Below, piece by piece: positions 24,640 through 37,725 of a stretch of DNA of 64,000 bases; positions within the stretch are counted from its first letter, which is position 1, and each line of letters begins with the position of its first letter. The DNA is taken from NCBI GenBank assembly GCA_043228905.1, contig JBHGNT010000015.1, positions 6,448,001 through 6,512,000 of the forward strand, written 5' to 3'. The position numbers and the translations under genes were made by a program. This DNA is from Azolla caroliniana. Taxonomy: Eukaryota > Plantae > Polypodiophyta. Under the pieces are notes generated by a model that worked only from the letters and a program-made list of their open reading frames with translations, made no database searches and was not told the DNA's origin.

Positions 24640-26323
24640 CGCGAGATGGAGGCTCTACCGGGAGCACTCGGGCGTCCCGCGGAGCAGAGTCAGCCTCCCG
24701 AAACCTACACAGAACGATTATGGAGACGACCGAGGAGAGGAGAAGCGCTCGGTTCCAGTCTGGTAGCACTTCGTCCTCCACAAAACATGACGACCGCCCC
24801 CTTTTTTTACATTACTTCTCCCTCTCTTTTATAGCCCAAGGAGGGAGGCCGTTACCACCAGTTACATCATGTTTATTCCCTATCCTTTCGGATAGGGATA
24901 CACCTCGATTTCCTCCCTACCGAATGCGTGCTACCTAGGATTTTGCCTCAGGCAACTTGTACCTACCTACGTACTATTGTTGAGAGACAAGCTCAACATC
25001 GGCTGGATCGGCTGAAGAAGCCGAGGACTGGATCGGTTGGGACCGATCGGTTAGGCCGAATGCGTAAACCGATACGCAGACCGGTGCGTAGGTAGGGCCG
25101 GATCGGTGCGTAAAGATATTCCGTGAGGAATATATTTGGGAGTTAGTGTAGGAGCTCTGAATGAGCATTGAAGTACTGTCAGTACTTCGATCAGTCCTTC
25201 TAGGACTTGTATAAAAGTGTTCATTGAACACACATATGTATAGAGTGGTGAGTAGAGATTGAGTATTTTGTTGTTTTTGAATATAGTTCTTGTGTTTTCT
25301 CTCTCTCTCACTCTCTGTCTCTCCCGAGTATACTGCGTAAGCTCAAGCTCTCCATTAAACCTGAGTTTTCTTCCTTCTGTTCGGTCTTCATACTTGCTTC
25401 CGCACGTTACTTTTTACATGGTATCAAAGCGCGAGGGTTGAGAACCTCTCTGCAGCCGACACAGCTTGACGAAGAAGAACAAGAAGAACGATGGATAGAG
25501 GCATGGCGAGCTCGCTTCCAACAGAGAAGCTCGACAGAACCAACTACGCGTCTTGGTCCTACAATATGCACCAGTACCTGCTCGGGCACGACTACTAGAG
25601 TTATGTCGAAGGAGCTAATGACGCGGCACCCGAATCGACACACAGAGACTTCCCGTCGTCGGGGCAATCGGCGAGCAGGGTATTATACTGCTTTGCGCCA
25701 TGTGTGGGCGAACAACTATTGAGCTATGTTCGGGATGCAAAGATGCCGAAGGGTGCGTGGGAAAATCTGAGGAAGATTTTCGCTGCAAGCACCACAGCCA
25801 AGAAGCTTCAGCTCCGACAGGAGTTGAGCAACCTACTGTTAACTCTTCGGGCCGGACAATGGCCTAACACAGGGTGTCTACGGGAGACACTTCACCAAAG
25901 GGTGTTACGGCAACCAGATTAGACTTCAACGCTTAATCCGACTTAGTTAAGTTACTTATTAGGATCGTCTTCATAACACGCGTAAGATATAACAATTAAG
26001 ACAGAACGACAATTAACACAGAGATATAACAACGCTTAAGCTTTCAGTAATTAACTGCTAACTATTACATTGTATCCGGGCCTTTAAATAGGTTTCTGGT
26101 CTGTATTACAAAACGGTGCCATCCGCACCTGTTCGGGATTGGTCCGGATCCGGAACGACATACCGATTCCGGTCCGTCCGTCCACACTCATAGCTTAATT
26201 ACAACCACATTCCTACTACTTAATTAGCTCTCCGTTTCCCACTCTGGACTCCTTTGCCAGCCGGTAACACATGGCACGCCCATGGGACAGTACCTTGTAC
26301 GTCGAATCCACAACCGACCCTTG

Positions 26324-29307
26324 CTATTCTTCGTCCAAAATGTCCAGAATGCTTTGTTCGAGAGGCTCCAATGGTTCATTTGGAAGTGGTTGTTGTTGTT
26401 GTTGTTGTTGCTGCTCTGTTGCTGTCTGCTGCGGCGGGTCCGTTGGTGGTTGTTGCGGCTGCTCCTCCGTTTGTGGCTCTGACACCAGCGTCTCCGTCGT
26501 TGCTCCCTGCGTCGTGGTGGTCTCCGGTTGACTGGTTCCCGGCTGGCCCTCAGCCGACGACGGTTCCTCATCACTAAGGTTAACCGTTGTCGCTTCCAGT
26601 GCTTTTTCTTCCTGTACCCGGGACCGCTCGTAGCTTTCAAACTGGATTTGAGCGTCCAGCCTATCATCGTCCAGCTGAGCTACGAGCTGGCTGACTTGCG
26701 CCAGCTGTTCATCTGCCAGGACTTGGAAGTCGTCGGCCAGCTCGTCCCGTATGGCGGTGAAGTCCTCGGAAGTCAACGTATAACAGTCATCTCCTTCCTT
26801 CCGCCGGTTTGCCACATCCGCTCATAGCAACTGGAGTTCCGCCGCGTTTTGTGCCCACTTTGTCCACCATTTTACGGAGCTTTCATCAATCAAGTGCTTC
26901 GTCTGATTCAGCCATGCCCAGAGGATGGACTGAATCCGGCTCGTTCCCAATTGGGAATTGGTTTCCACCGCTTGCCGTTCCTCCTTCAGTTGTTTGATGA
27001 TTTTTACGTTGTCCTCCGCCTGCGCCTTGTAATGCGTCAATTGCCTTTGATATGTACTTTGTAATTTTTGCAATACTATTGACGCTCTCTCTTTGTCTTC
27101 CTGCTGCTGCCTCTGGACCTTCTCCGCCTCTTCCAAGCGTCTTGTATTTTCCGCCCGTTCGTCGGCGATCGCCGTCGCGGCCCGATCAACTGCCTGCTGG
27201 AGCTCGGCCATCCATTCTTTATGCTCCGTTTCCAGCCGTTTGTAGTCCCGGTGCAGGTGCTCAAAATCAACCGTCTTTTGCTTGAGCCGTGCGTTGATCT
27301 GACGACGGGCCCAGTCCTCGCGGTCCTTCTGCTGGCGGAGCTCTTCCTTTAGCCGTTCAATCTCTGTTTCCGCCGTTTTCCGTAGCTTGTCCTTTTCCTG
27401 CATCACTTTGTCTTTCTCCTCCTTTAGTCGGTCGTACGCTTGATGGCCTTTCCGGAGGCTCTCCTCTGCCCGGCGGAGGTTCTCAGCAGTCTTCTTTAAT
27501 TCGGCTTCGGCCGCCGTCTTCAATTCTCGTTCACGGCTACTTAGCGCTTCTTGTGTTGCAAGTTCCTCTCTCAATTCCGCAAGCTCCCGAGCTTGCGCCA
27601 CATCTCTCGGCGGAACGGTTTCCGTTGCCGAGGTCTTATTGTTATGTACAGGTCGTTCCGTTTCATTATTCTGTACACTTATCGGAGTCACCGGTGATTG
27701 GATCCGTATTTTGGCCATCTCTGTCGTGACCTGATCCAAATCTTTTTCAAGGCACCGGATTCTCGACGGGGCCGTTTCTAGTTGTTCGGTTGTGACGAGC
27801 AACCGTTCGCTTTGCGCTCTTTCTTCTGCCTCTATATACCCCACTGCTCCGCCTATCTGTTCGCCTATCCACCGGAGCCACAGGCTACCGGTGCCTTGTT
27901 GTGCTTGCACGGAGGTTTGATAGATGGGCTTGCTTGTAGAGGGGTGGTCCTGCCTGGTTGCGCCGAGTTGCAGTTCCTTTTCTGCCCGTGGACCATCTTG
28001 CTGTCCTGGTTCCCTTGCGCTTCTTCTTGGCTGACCGAGGGAGGCTGCAGTGACCTTTCCGGCTCTGGCGGGATGGGACTTGCCGGTGTTGCCGGTGGTG
28101 CCAGGGCTTCTGTTTCCGGTGCCATCTGCACCGGTTCCGGTTCCTTCCTTGGCGTAGGAGTCTCAGTATGGGGAGCCGATGTTCCCTCTGTCTGAGGGTC
28201 CGAACGTTTCCCGGCTGCCTCAACGGTCCTTGCCGACGATAGTCGCTGGAGGTGCTCCGTAGGCTCCTCCTCTATTTCCTCCTCCTGAGCTCCGGCATTG
28301 AGTTTTGCCGCCAAGGGGTCCACTTCTCGATTCACAGGTCGGCGGAGTGTGACCTTTACGGGCCGTGCCGGTGGTTCCTCCTGCGCCTCCGTTGGGCGCT
28401 TCCGGCTTCGGCTTCCTGCTGCCGCCTGTTCTCCATCCACCGCCTTTCCCTTACTGGCCTTAGAGGCCAACAGCTGTTGCAGTTTGGAAGCCGTCCTTGG
28501 GGTGCCGTCCGGCACTCTTCCTCGCTTCTTGGGCTGGACGGTCTGAACGGGTGGCACCAGCAAGGTGAGCCACTGCGTTACGACGTGCCATATCCTTCGT
28601 CCGTCTCGGCCTTCTTTGCCGTCTTTGCCTCTCACGATCTAGATCGCCGCACACAACCCGTTTGCAATCAATACCGGCCAATCCACCTTGATCCCTTCAT
28701 AGGTGGCGATGATCATCCCTGCTCGGTTCTGCGGCATGACAGGGGGTCTAGGGTATACGTGGCCGTATTCATGGAGCACACGAGCAATTTCGCGGAACAA
28801 CATATCTCCGCCGCCCTGTGTCCGGTAGCCCTTGCTGGCTAGAGAGTACTCACCAAAATACCTGATGAGTTGCTCCGGGGTTGGATTGTCGATCGTGAGT
28901 ATGCCTCCCTCCGGAAGGCCTGTTAATGCTCAAATCGCCTCTGCCGTTATGACCTCTGTATCGATTTCCTTGAATACTTTGTCGGCTTCTTTGTGTGGCG
29001 GTACTTCCATCATCATCAAGAAGCCCTCGAGCCCGTGTTGCTTCAGCCATGTCTTGGCGGCTTCCGACAGCGTTTGCGGGTCCATCTTTGTGTCGGGGTC
29101 GGATTGCGGTGATGAGGATGGATGGTGATGAGAGCAGGGTTGAGAAAGAGAGAGTTCAGAAGGCGGTGGTTCTCTGTGCGCAGGTTCTCGTTTGATGATC
29201 TTGCAGCGTTTCGGTGCTTCTGTGCTCCTGGGTTCGCGAAAGTAGAGGGTCTCTACGCGCAATGGTTTTTGTCTGTGCATTCTGGCGCCTTTTTCGAGTT
29301 TGTGCAT
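26324..29307 (-). pseudogene. Accessory 3' ORF (~1000 codons): PMD-like N-terminal domain, low-complexity linker, long coiled coil, Gln-rich/acidic tail
   Basis: ORF pieces 28930-29307, 27865-28635, 26822-27910 and 26324-26815 join through in-frame stops and one frameshift. Colinear homolog in copy 2. Confidence 0.8.
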
Positions 29308-29462
29308 GTCGCGTACTTAAAATAGCATTATGTCCTGTGGTGGCGCTTTAAATGCCCACTACGTACCTTTTCGCTCCACGCTCTTTCATCCATTCATTCC
29401 TCGCTTTTGCATGATTGTTTTTATTTTTATTTTTTAAAGCTATTATTATTATTAGTGTGACG

Positions 29463-32400
29463 TCACATGTCCGTTGGTCCTCCCGGACCCTTACCGGCCT
29501 CATTCTCTCCGGTTCCCGACTTGTCGTCTTGGTGGTTGCCGTCGGTCCTTTGCTCAAACGGGTTCTTAGGCATCGGTCCTCTATATGCCTTTAACCGGAA
29601 TCCATTGACCCATTTGCCCAGCACTTCGCTGGCAAGTGTCCCCAATTGGTAGGACCCATTATACTCCCGTGTTAGCCAATATGGTCCGGTCCATCTAAAC
29701 CTTAGTTTACCCGGCATCTTGCCCATCCGGGTTTGGAATACTAACACTAGTTTGCCGATTGCGAACATTTTTTCGTTACCTTTCCTGTGCCTGTCGACGA
29801 ATGCTTTCCGTCGCCGTTGCTCCAATTCTAAATGTAGGATGTTGGCCAACCGTTGTTCCTCCAGCTCACACAGCACTGTCAACCTTATTGTCTCCGACTC
29901 CTTCTCGTTCAGCCGTTCTCGTAGCTGGATCCGTAAGCTAGGTACTTGAAATTCTACCGGCATGACCGCCTCGAGTCCGAACGCCAACCGGAACGGTGTT
30001 GTTCGGATGCTCGTTTTGTATGCCGTCTAGTATGCCCAAAGCGCGCTATGTAGCTTTGTGTCCCAATCCGTCTGGTTCTCGTTGACGATCTTCCGAAGGA
30101 TGTTCTGGAGCATCTTGTTTGTTGATTCTGCTAATCCGTTCGCCTGTGGATAGTAACGTGTGCTTCGTTTGTGGACCACGACATAGAAGGTCGTTAGGCT
30201 TTCCACTACTTGTCTGAGAAAGTGCCCCCCTTGGTCACTTATCAATTCAATGGGGCATCCGTAACGGCACCAGATGTACTCATATAGAAACTTTGCCGTT
30301 GACGCAGCGGTGTTATCCCGTAAAGCTTTGGCCTCCACCCATTTCGTGCAGTAATCCGTAGCAACGATAACGTACCGATTACCCGTTCTCATTGCCGGTG
30401 GCTTGAACGGTCCTACAAAGTCCAGCCCCCACTTTTGGAATGGCTCGAGTGGTAGTACCGGCTGGTGTGGCATACGAGCCTGCTCCGTTGGCTGGCCCAT
30501 TCTCTGGCATAGGTCACATTCTTTTGCGTACCATACCGCATCTCTTAATGTCGTTGGCCACCATAGGCCACTTTGCCATATTTTTCTGGCTGTCGCATCT
30601 CCGGCATTGTGACCTCCGGCAACTCCGCAGTGGGCTTCCCTCAGTATTAGTTCCTTTTCATCGCTGCGCACCGCCCGTCTCCATATGCCGTCAGCTCCCT
30701 TGTGGTACAGTGTGTCTTGTAGTAAGCAGAAATGTCGGCTTTGTACCGCCAAGCGTTTCCGTTCGTCCCGGTTCAGCTCTTCCGAAGGCAGTCCTATGCT
30801 CAGAAACTGGTGCATATTTGTGAGCCACTTGTCTTCCTGGGCCACTGTCTCATTTGCTGCCATCTCCGTAGTGACTCGAAACAGCTCCGCATCCGGAAAC
30901 TCATCCGGTACTCCGTCACCCGTCTCTCCGGACTCCAATCGGCTTAAGTAATCCGCTACGACATGCTGTATACCGGGTCGGTGGAATATTTCAAACTCGA
31001 ACTCCTGTAACAATAAGGTCCACCGGGCCAATTTGCCGGTGAGTGATGCCTTGGACACTAGGTAAAGGAGTGTCGAATGATCTACATGGAAGGAAAACTT
31101 CCTTCCCAATAAATAGTGCCGAAACTTTGTCACACTGTAGATCATTCCTAGAGCTTCCCGTTCCGTAGTAGAGTAGTTCCGTTCTGCTTGGGATAGCTTC
31201 CGGCTGGCATAGTACACTGGCCGGTACCACTTTGGTTCCGTAAGCTGCATCAATACGCTTCCGATTGCGATGTTGGAGGCGTCCACGAACACGTGAAATT
31301 CTTTACTCCAATCCGGAGGTTGTACTACTGGTGCCTGCGACAATAGTACCTTGAGGGCCTTATACGCCCTATCCTCAGTATCGGTCCACTGGAATGGTGT
31401 CTGATGTACGGTGGCATGCAACGGTGTAGCCAGGTCGGCCAAGTATCGGAGCATCCGGCTGTGCCACCGGATCTGGCCTAAGAATCGGCTTAATGCCTTT
31501 GCCGTTGCCGGCGCCGGTGCTTCTAATATGGCTTTCACTTTGTCCGGGTTGACTGCAATACCTTCCTGGCTCATGATATGTCCTAATAAAGTTCCACTGG
31601 ACACGCCAAATACACATTTTGCCGGATTCAAGCTTAGCCGGTACGCTCTACACTTTTCTAGACAAAGACGGAGGTGCTGAAAATGGTCCTCCTCTCGACT
31701 ATAGACGGCGAAATCGTCAAGGAAAACCTGCATTAAAGCCGGTATATATTCACCAAAGATTTCCATGATGATTCTTTGAAACGTTGCCGGTGCCATTTTG
31801 AGTCCGAACATCATCACCACGGCCACAAACACCCCCCATTCGGTGACGAATGCCGTTTTCTCCTGGTCGTCGGGGTGCATCCGGATCTGATTATACCCGC
31901 TGAATCCGTCTAGAAAGCTATAGACCTCATGGCCGGCGACGGCATCCAACACTCCATCTGTGAACGGAAGTGGAAACGCATCTGTTACCGTAGCCGCATT
32001 GAGTTTCCGGTAGTCTACGCAAACTCGAATTTTTCCGTTCTTCTTCGGTACGACTACGATCGGGCTCAACCATGTCGCTTTCTTTACCGGACGGATAAAG
32101 CCAACTCTTAGCAGTTTGTCGATTTCTTCCTTGACCTTGGCAACATAATTGGGATTCATCCGGTACCGTCTTTGTGCCACTGGTTTTGCGTCCTTGCTCA
32201 AGTGTACTTGATGCTGGTATAACTGAGGGTCGAGTCCTCGCATATCTTCGTATGACCAGGCGAACACATCCCGGAATTCCGTGAGAAGTGTTATCATCGC
32301 CGTTTTGTCTTCGGACTTCATCTCCTTGGCGATGTGCACCGGTTTTGCTTCGTCCGTAGTGCCTAAATTCACCTCTTCTAGTTGCGATGCTTTTACGCGC

Positions 32401-35261
32401 TGTGAAACGGCCATTTCCCGTTCCAACGCTTCCTTCGCTTGCCGTAACTCCCGGATTGCGTCTTTATTCGGTTCTGCTTCCGCCTCTTCCGGTTGCGGTA
32501 AATACGGTGCTACGGCTTCGGCAATGTCAATTTCGAAAAGGGGTATGATCTTCGGGTTTTCCTGCAGGTATTGAGCTTCTTCTTCGTCCGCTAACCCTTC
32601 TAGCATGTTGACGCATTCCGCATACAACGGTGTACATTCCTTGCCAGTGCTCGTCCTTGGTTGTGTTGGTACCCGTACCTTGGCTTTTCCTCGCCGGAAG
32701 GTAATTATATTTTTTCGCCTATTCTGTTTGATATGTGCCGTTTTCAACCATGGCCGCCCCAACAATAGCGGGTAGGCGCCTTGTGCCTGTAATTGTAGCA
32801 CTACGGCTGAGATGTGAAATGTATGCCCGCCGACGGTGACTTCTAATTTCCGTATTAATCCTGTCGGCCGCACTGAGCTTGTATCGGCCATCCGCAACCA
32901 GAACGGACACGGCTCCCACTCGTGGATTCCTAGATCCTCACACGTCCGGAGGCTTATTACATTTACCCCAGAGCCTCCGTCTATAACTGTGCCGGGGAGT
33001 TCTTTCCCTTTTACAATGGCAGTGATTACCGGACTGCTGGTGTCTACCACTGTTGGTCCCTCCTCCGGATTCGAGAAGAGTACCGGTGCTGGTGATGGTT
33101 CTCCTGCCGTCATGGCTGTCTTCAGTCCTTCCGTGAATCTAGGCACGTGTTGTAGGAGTCTTCCCAGTGGTAACGTAATCTGGCATTCTTGCAACGCCTG
33201 CCATGTCTCGTTCTCGGAGTGACTACCGCCGGCAAGCCCTGCGGTGTTCTCCTTTTGCTGCTGTAAGTCTGTGACATTCTGCTCGTTGGCTTTCTTTACC
33301 CATTCCGTTGCTTGTTTCCGGATGGTCTCCTGTGTCTTCCATTCTTTGGTCATGCCCTTCGACCTTGTGGTCACCTGCTGCAGGTATGCCACCTCAGGGA
33401 CTACCATATTTACCGCTGGTCATTTTTCATAGCTCTTCACCGGGCATTGGTTACTATAATGGCCTTCCTGTCTGCAGTAGTAGCAGTAGGCTTTCCGGGC
33501 ATTTCTAGATTCGGCATTGTCTGTTGTACCCGAGGCAGGTCCTACGGTACGCGCGGGGTTTTGTACCAGTTGGCTACTTGGAGCTCCTTGTTCCGGATCC
33601 TGGGGGTAGCCGCCTTTTTTAAAATGCCGTTTTTTGTTATAGCTTTTCTTATTACGGTATTCTTGACGGGGTTGCCCGTTATATCTGCCGTATTCCTCCC
33701 GTTGCTGACGATACCCAAGGGAGTGCTCCCGGTCGTACTATTCGTATCATCTATTGTAATCCTGGTACCGATCATGCCGGTCATAGTTCTCTCGCCGATC
33801 ACCGTACCGGACATCATTTTCCCGTCGCTCGCCGTACCGGACATTATTTTCCCGTCGCTCGCCATACCGGACATCCTGTGCCGGTCGGTCACGGTCCATT
33901 CGTCGCCAGCGTTCGTCTTCTTCATCCCGGCTGCTGCGTGGCTCAATTTGTCGGACGGGCGGTGCTTGCCGAGTCAACAGATTATACTCGCACCTATCCG
34001 TCGTATGGCTCTTGGATTGATAGATTACACATTGCGTCCTCATAGTGAATTCTAGAGCCGAGTGTCCGGAATTCAAGCAGGTTGTGCACTGTATTGCTTG
34101 CTGAAACCGGAGGTCTTCATCGGACGGTAACGCCCGTTGAAGCGCGCCCAGTGTGAGCCAGGAGCTTGTCTTTTCCATCTCTTTCACCTGGTCAATGACC
34201 TGGTCGATGGTACTTGTGCGGAAATCGATTACCGTGCAAACCGTGCGTAGGGGTTCCCGGAGCGCGTTTAGGAATATCGTCCGTAATTCCTCCTCCGGGG
34301 GTGCACGGGTAAGCTGACTATGCATCCGTTGAAACCGGATGACAAATTGGGGAATGCTCTCCCCGGCCTCTTGCCGGATGGTATAAAATAAGCCTACCAT
34401 TACGGTCTAGTCCACCTCCTTTTGAAAAAAATGCATGAATTTAGCTTTTAAATCTGCAAAGGTGTTGATGGTAGACGGGTCCTGCGTCCGACGCCATCTT
34501 GCTGCTGGTCCCTCCAATGTGACGCCAATTTCCGCTATCTTAGAGCGTTCTTCTTCTTCTGGGGTCAATCGCTGGGACACATGGTTGGCTTCCCATGTCT
34601 GTTCAAAGGCGTGCACATGAGCTTCCGCGTCCGGATCATCTCTATATTTGGAGTACTGGAACGACATGTCGTCGTCCGGTATCGGTGCGCGGGCTGGTAG
34701 TGTTGGTGCTTGTTCCGGAATTTTCTCCGGTGTCGGTGGTCTTTCCTGATTTGATTCCGGTGTCGGTTGTTTCTCTTCCTTTGGTGACGGAGGCCTCTCC
34801 TCTTCGACTTCCGGTGTCGGAGGTCGTTCTTCTTCTGCTGGTTCCGGGGGTTCCAGCGTTAGCCCTTCCGGTTCCGGTTCCGGTGTCGGTAAGGTATCCG
34901 ATCCTTCGTCCTCCGGTCCGCCCGGGGTTTCGTTGCTGCTACAGTAGTTCGTGTGCACGCTGTATTCCCCTTCGGAGTCCAATTCATATGCTAAAAAGGC
35001 CTCTGCTTCGCCTTCTCCGTTTGCCAACGCGAGGAGAAGGGATTCGGTTTCCCGGAGGCTGCTTAGGCTGCTGCCGTCGTCCGGGTGCGATGTTTGCTGT
35101 AACCAGAGGGAGTCCTCCGCTACTCTCCGGATTACGTTGGAAAACGAGCGATCCGCTCTAATTTTCTGCGCCGCTTGCTGGAAAGCCTCGCGTCTCCTTT
35201 GCCTTTCGGCAAGGCGTCGAGTTCGATCTGTAACTAGGTCGTGCGTTGATCTAGACATCCA
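29463..35261 (-). pseudogene. gag-pol of Arg-primed copy 1 (single ancestral frame, few stops/frameshifts)
   Basis: 1126-aa open segment 30027-33407 with PR IDGGSG, RT FLDD, RH and INT. C-terminus KLRFRWTGPY...VNGFRLK. Gag has three Cys/His knuckles. Confidence 0.92.
33780..33875 (-). repeat. 30-bp tandem repeat in gag (VRYGERREN[N/D] x3)
   Basis: Three near-identical units. Only one or two units in copy 2 (~59140-59175). Confidence 0.85.
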
Positions 35262-35940
35262 TCCGTGCCGTCGTTTGCTGCAAAAACAGGAATCGTGGTC
35301 ACCAAAAACTGTGTTAACTCTTCGGGCCGGACAATGGCCTAACACAGGGTGTCTACGGGAGACACTTCACCAAAGGGTGTTACGGCAACCGGATTAGACT
35401 TCAACGCTTAATCCGACTTAGTTAAGTTACTTATTAGGATCGTCTTCATAACACGCGTAAGATATAACAATTAAGACAGAACGACAATTAACACAGAGAT
35501 ATAACAACGCTTAAGCTTTCATTAATTAACCGCTAACTATTACATTGTATCCGGGCCTTTAAATAGGTTTCCGGTCTGTATTACAAAACGGTGCCATCCG
35601 CACCTGTTCGGGATCGGTCCGGATCCGGAACGGCATACCGATTCCGGTCTGTTCGTCCACACTCATAGCTTAATTACAACCACATTCCTACTACTTAATT
35701 AGCTCTCCGTTTCCCACTCTGGACTCCTTTGCCGGCCGGTAACACTACGACAATGCGACTTGTCGATGGCGGACTATACCTCGAAGATCAAGGATATCTG
35801 CGACTCCCTCGTCTCCATAGAGGTGAACATTGAGGAGAGCGAGATGGTCCAGATCTATCTCGGAGGTTTGGCGTTGAAGTTCGGAGCGTTTCGAACGACT
35901 GTGTGTACCCGGGAGAATACGCCGTCCTTTTTCGACTTAT

Positions 35941-36275
35941 AGTCAATGCTCCTGGTAGAGGAGAACCACACGGGTGCGTCTACAAGCACGCACACCGACA
36001 GCAGAATGCTGTACGCGGAGGGAGATAGGCCCCGTGGACGTGGAGGACGAGGCGAGTCGGCGCGCAATGGAGGCGGCCGACGAGAAGGCACCTAAGTGAT
36101 GCCGACAGCAACTCTGGACCCTCCGGAAACAGTCAATGCTCCTGGTAGAGGAGAACCACGCGGGTGCGTCTACAAGCACGCACATCGACAGCAGAATGTT
36201 GTACATGGAGGGAGAAAGGCCCCGTGGACGTGGAGGACGAGGCGAGTCGGCGCGCAATGGAGGCGGCCGACGAGA
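35941..36275 (+). repeat. ~145-bp direct duplication of copia gag at the internal-deletion junction
   Basis: AGTCAATGCTCCTGGTAGAGGAG...GGCGGCCGACGAGA at 35941-36084 and 36131-36275. Confidence 0.9.
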
Positions 36276-37655
36276 TCAAGAGAAGCGATTCTGAAAGTCC
36301 GATCGTCATCATCTTGTACGTGAATGATCTGGTCATTGGAGGTGAGCATCTAGTCGACATCAACAAGGTCAAATCCCTCCTTTACAACAATTTTGAGATG
36401 ACGTACATGAAAGAGCTCCACTACTTCCTTGGCATCAAGGTAATTCGGACTCCAGCCGGGATTATGATTTCCCAACGGCACTACATTCTCAACTTGTTAT
36501 ACAAGTTCGGGATGATTGAGTGCAGGTCTGTAGCAACACCTCTCGACCGAAACCTCAAACTAGATGCCAATTCTGGCACCACAGAGTGTGAGCCAACTCA
36601 GTATCGACAACTGATCGGTAGTCTTATCTACCTCACGATCACTCGACCAGACGTGAGCTATCCGGTCGGCCTTCTTAGCCAATTCATGCAAACGCCATGA
36701 GATATCCATTTGGATTGCGCTAAGAGAGTGCTACGATACATGAGCGGAACGATGGACTAGGGCATTCTCTATAAGTCGGCCACGCCAATTCAACTCGAGG
36801 GGTACACAGATGCCGACTGGGCAGGCTACAAAGCCGACCAAAGATCAACCTCTGGTTTTGTCTTCTCCCTCGGAAGTGGAGCCATCTCCTAGAGTAGCAA
36901 GAAGCAACCAACCATCGCTCTTTTGAGCACAGAGGCCGAATACAGGGGCTCGGCGGTGGCTGCATGTGAAGCCGTATGGCTCAAGAGGATATTAAAGGAT
37001 CTAGGCATTCCCATCAAAGATCTGATTCTCCTTTACTGTGACAACATGAGCAGTATTTATCTGGCTCGAAACCCGGTGTTCCACACACGCACGAAGCATA
37101 TCGAAGTGCACCATCACTTCATTCGAGAGCGTGTTCAGGCTAGCGATGTCGACCTTCAACATATCACTACGAATCTTCAGACAACCAATATCTTCACCAA
37201 AGCCCTAGGAGCCGACATGCTTTGGCAATTCCTATCAGACCTTGGATTGACAGTCCTTGACTTGCCAAGCTTGAGGGGGAGTACAAGCGAAAATCGGATA
37301 CAAGCCGAAGTGGACATCAACCGAAGTAGCCGACCAAAGTTGAGCTTGAGGGTTGAGGGGGCTTGTTGAGAATCAAGCTCAACCTAGTCTAATGTGTAAA
37401 TACACCCTTGAGAGTGTGCACACAAAGGTCAAAAGTCACCACTCTTATCTACACATTAACTGTGTCATAGAATCATATTCTATGACACATAACTAATGAG
37501 CTTTCACATTCCCTATGACCCATGAGCTTCGGTAGTTAATGAAGAGAGAGAGTGACTATATAAAGCACTCTCCTCCTACTTTGTAATTAGGTCGATTAAT
37601 CTCCTTTGTAACATACGTCTTCTTTAGTATTCTATTGTTGTTCTAATCTATCTTG

Positions 37656-37659
<4 letters not shown>

Positions 37660-37712
<53 letters not shown>

Positions 37713-37725
37713 CACACACACACTC
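37660..37725 (+). repeat. (CT)n/(CA)n microsatellite in copia LTR
   Basis: About 24 CT units followed by CA units. Confidence 0.9.

Larger units (their letters stand above)
18033..24977 (-). mobile_element. tRNA-Trp-primed Ty3/gypsy element, copy 1 (5' LTR truncated by an insertion)
   Basis: 3' LTR 18033-18730 and 5' LTR remnant 24348-24977 are highly similar. PBS TGGTGAACCCAACGTGAA at 24343-24326 is complementary to the plant tRNA-Trp 3' end. PPT AGGTGGGGGCGGA at 18731-18743. gag-PR 24324-22227, then RT-RH-INT to 18805. Confidence 0.92.
25837..35744 (-). mobile_element. Full-length tRNA-Arg-primed Athila/OTA-like Ty3/gypsy with a large extra 3' ORF, copy 1
   Basis: LTRs 35312-35744 and 25837-26269 (433 bp each, ~9 differences by eye). 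CTAC duplication on both sides. PBS TGGTGACCACG after a CAGTTTT spacer. gag-PR-RT-RH-INT with no extra archaeal-type RNase H. Confidence 0.95.

Noticed and set aside
33312-34055. Hydrophobic plus-strand 247-aa ORF resembling a membrane or env protein (similar ones at 51705-52166 and 58971-59315)
   Set aside because: Antisense shadows of charged or Gln-rich coding sequence on the minus strand.
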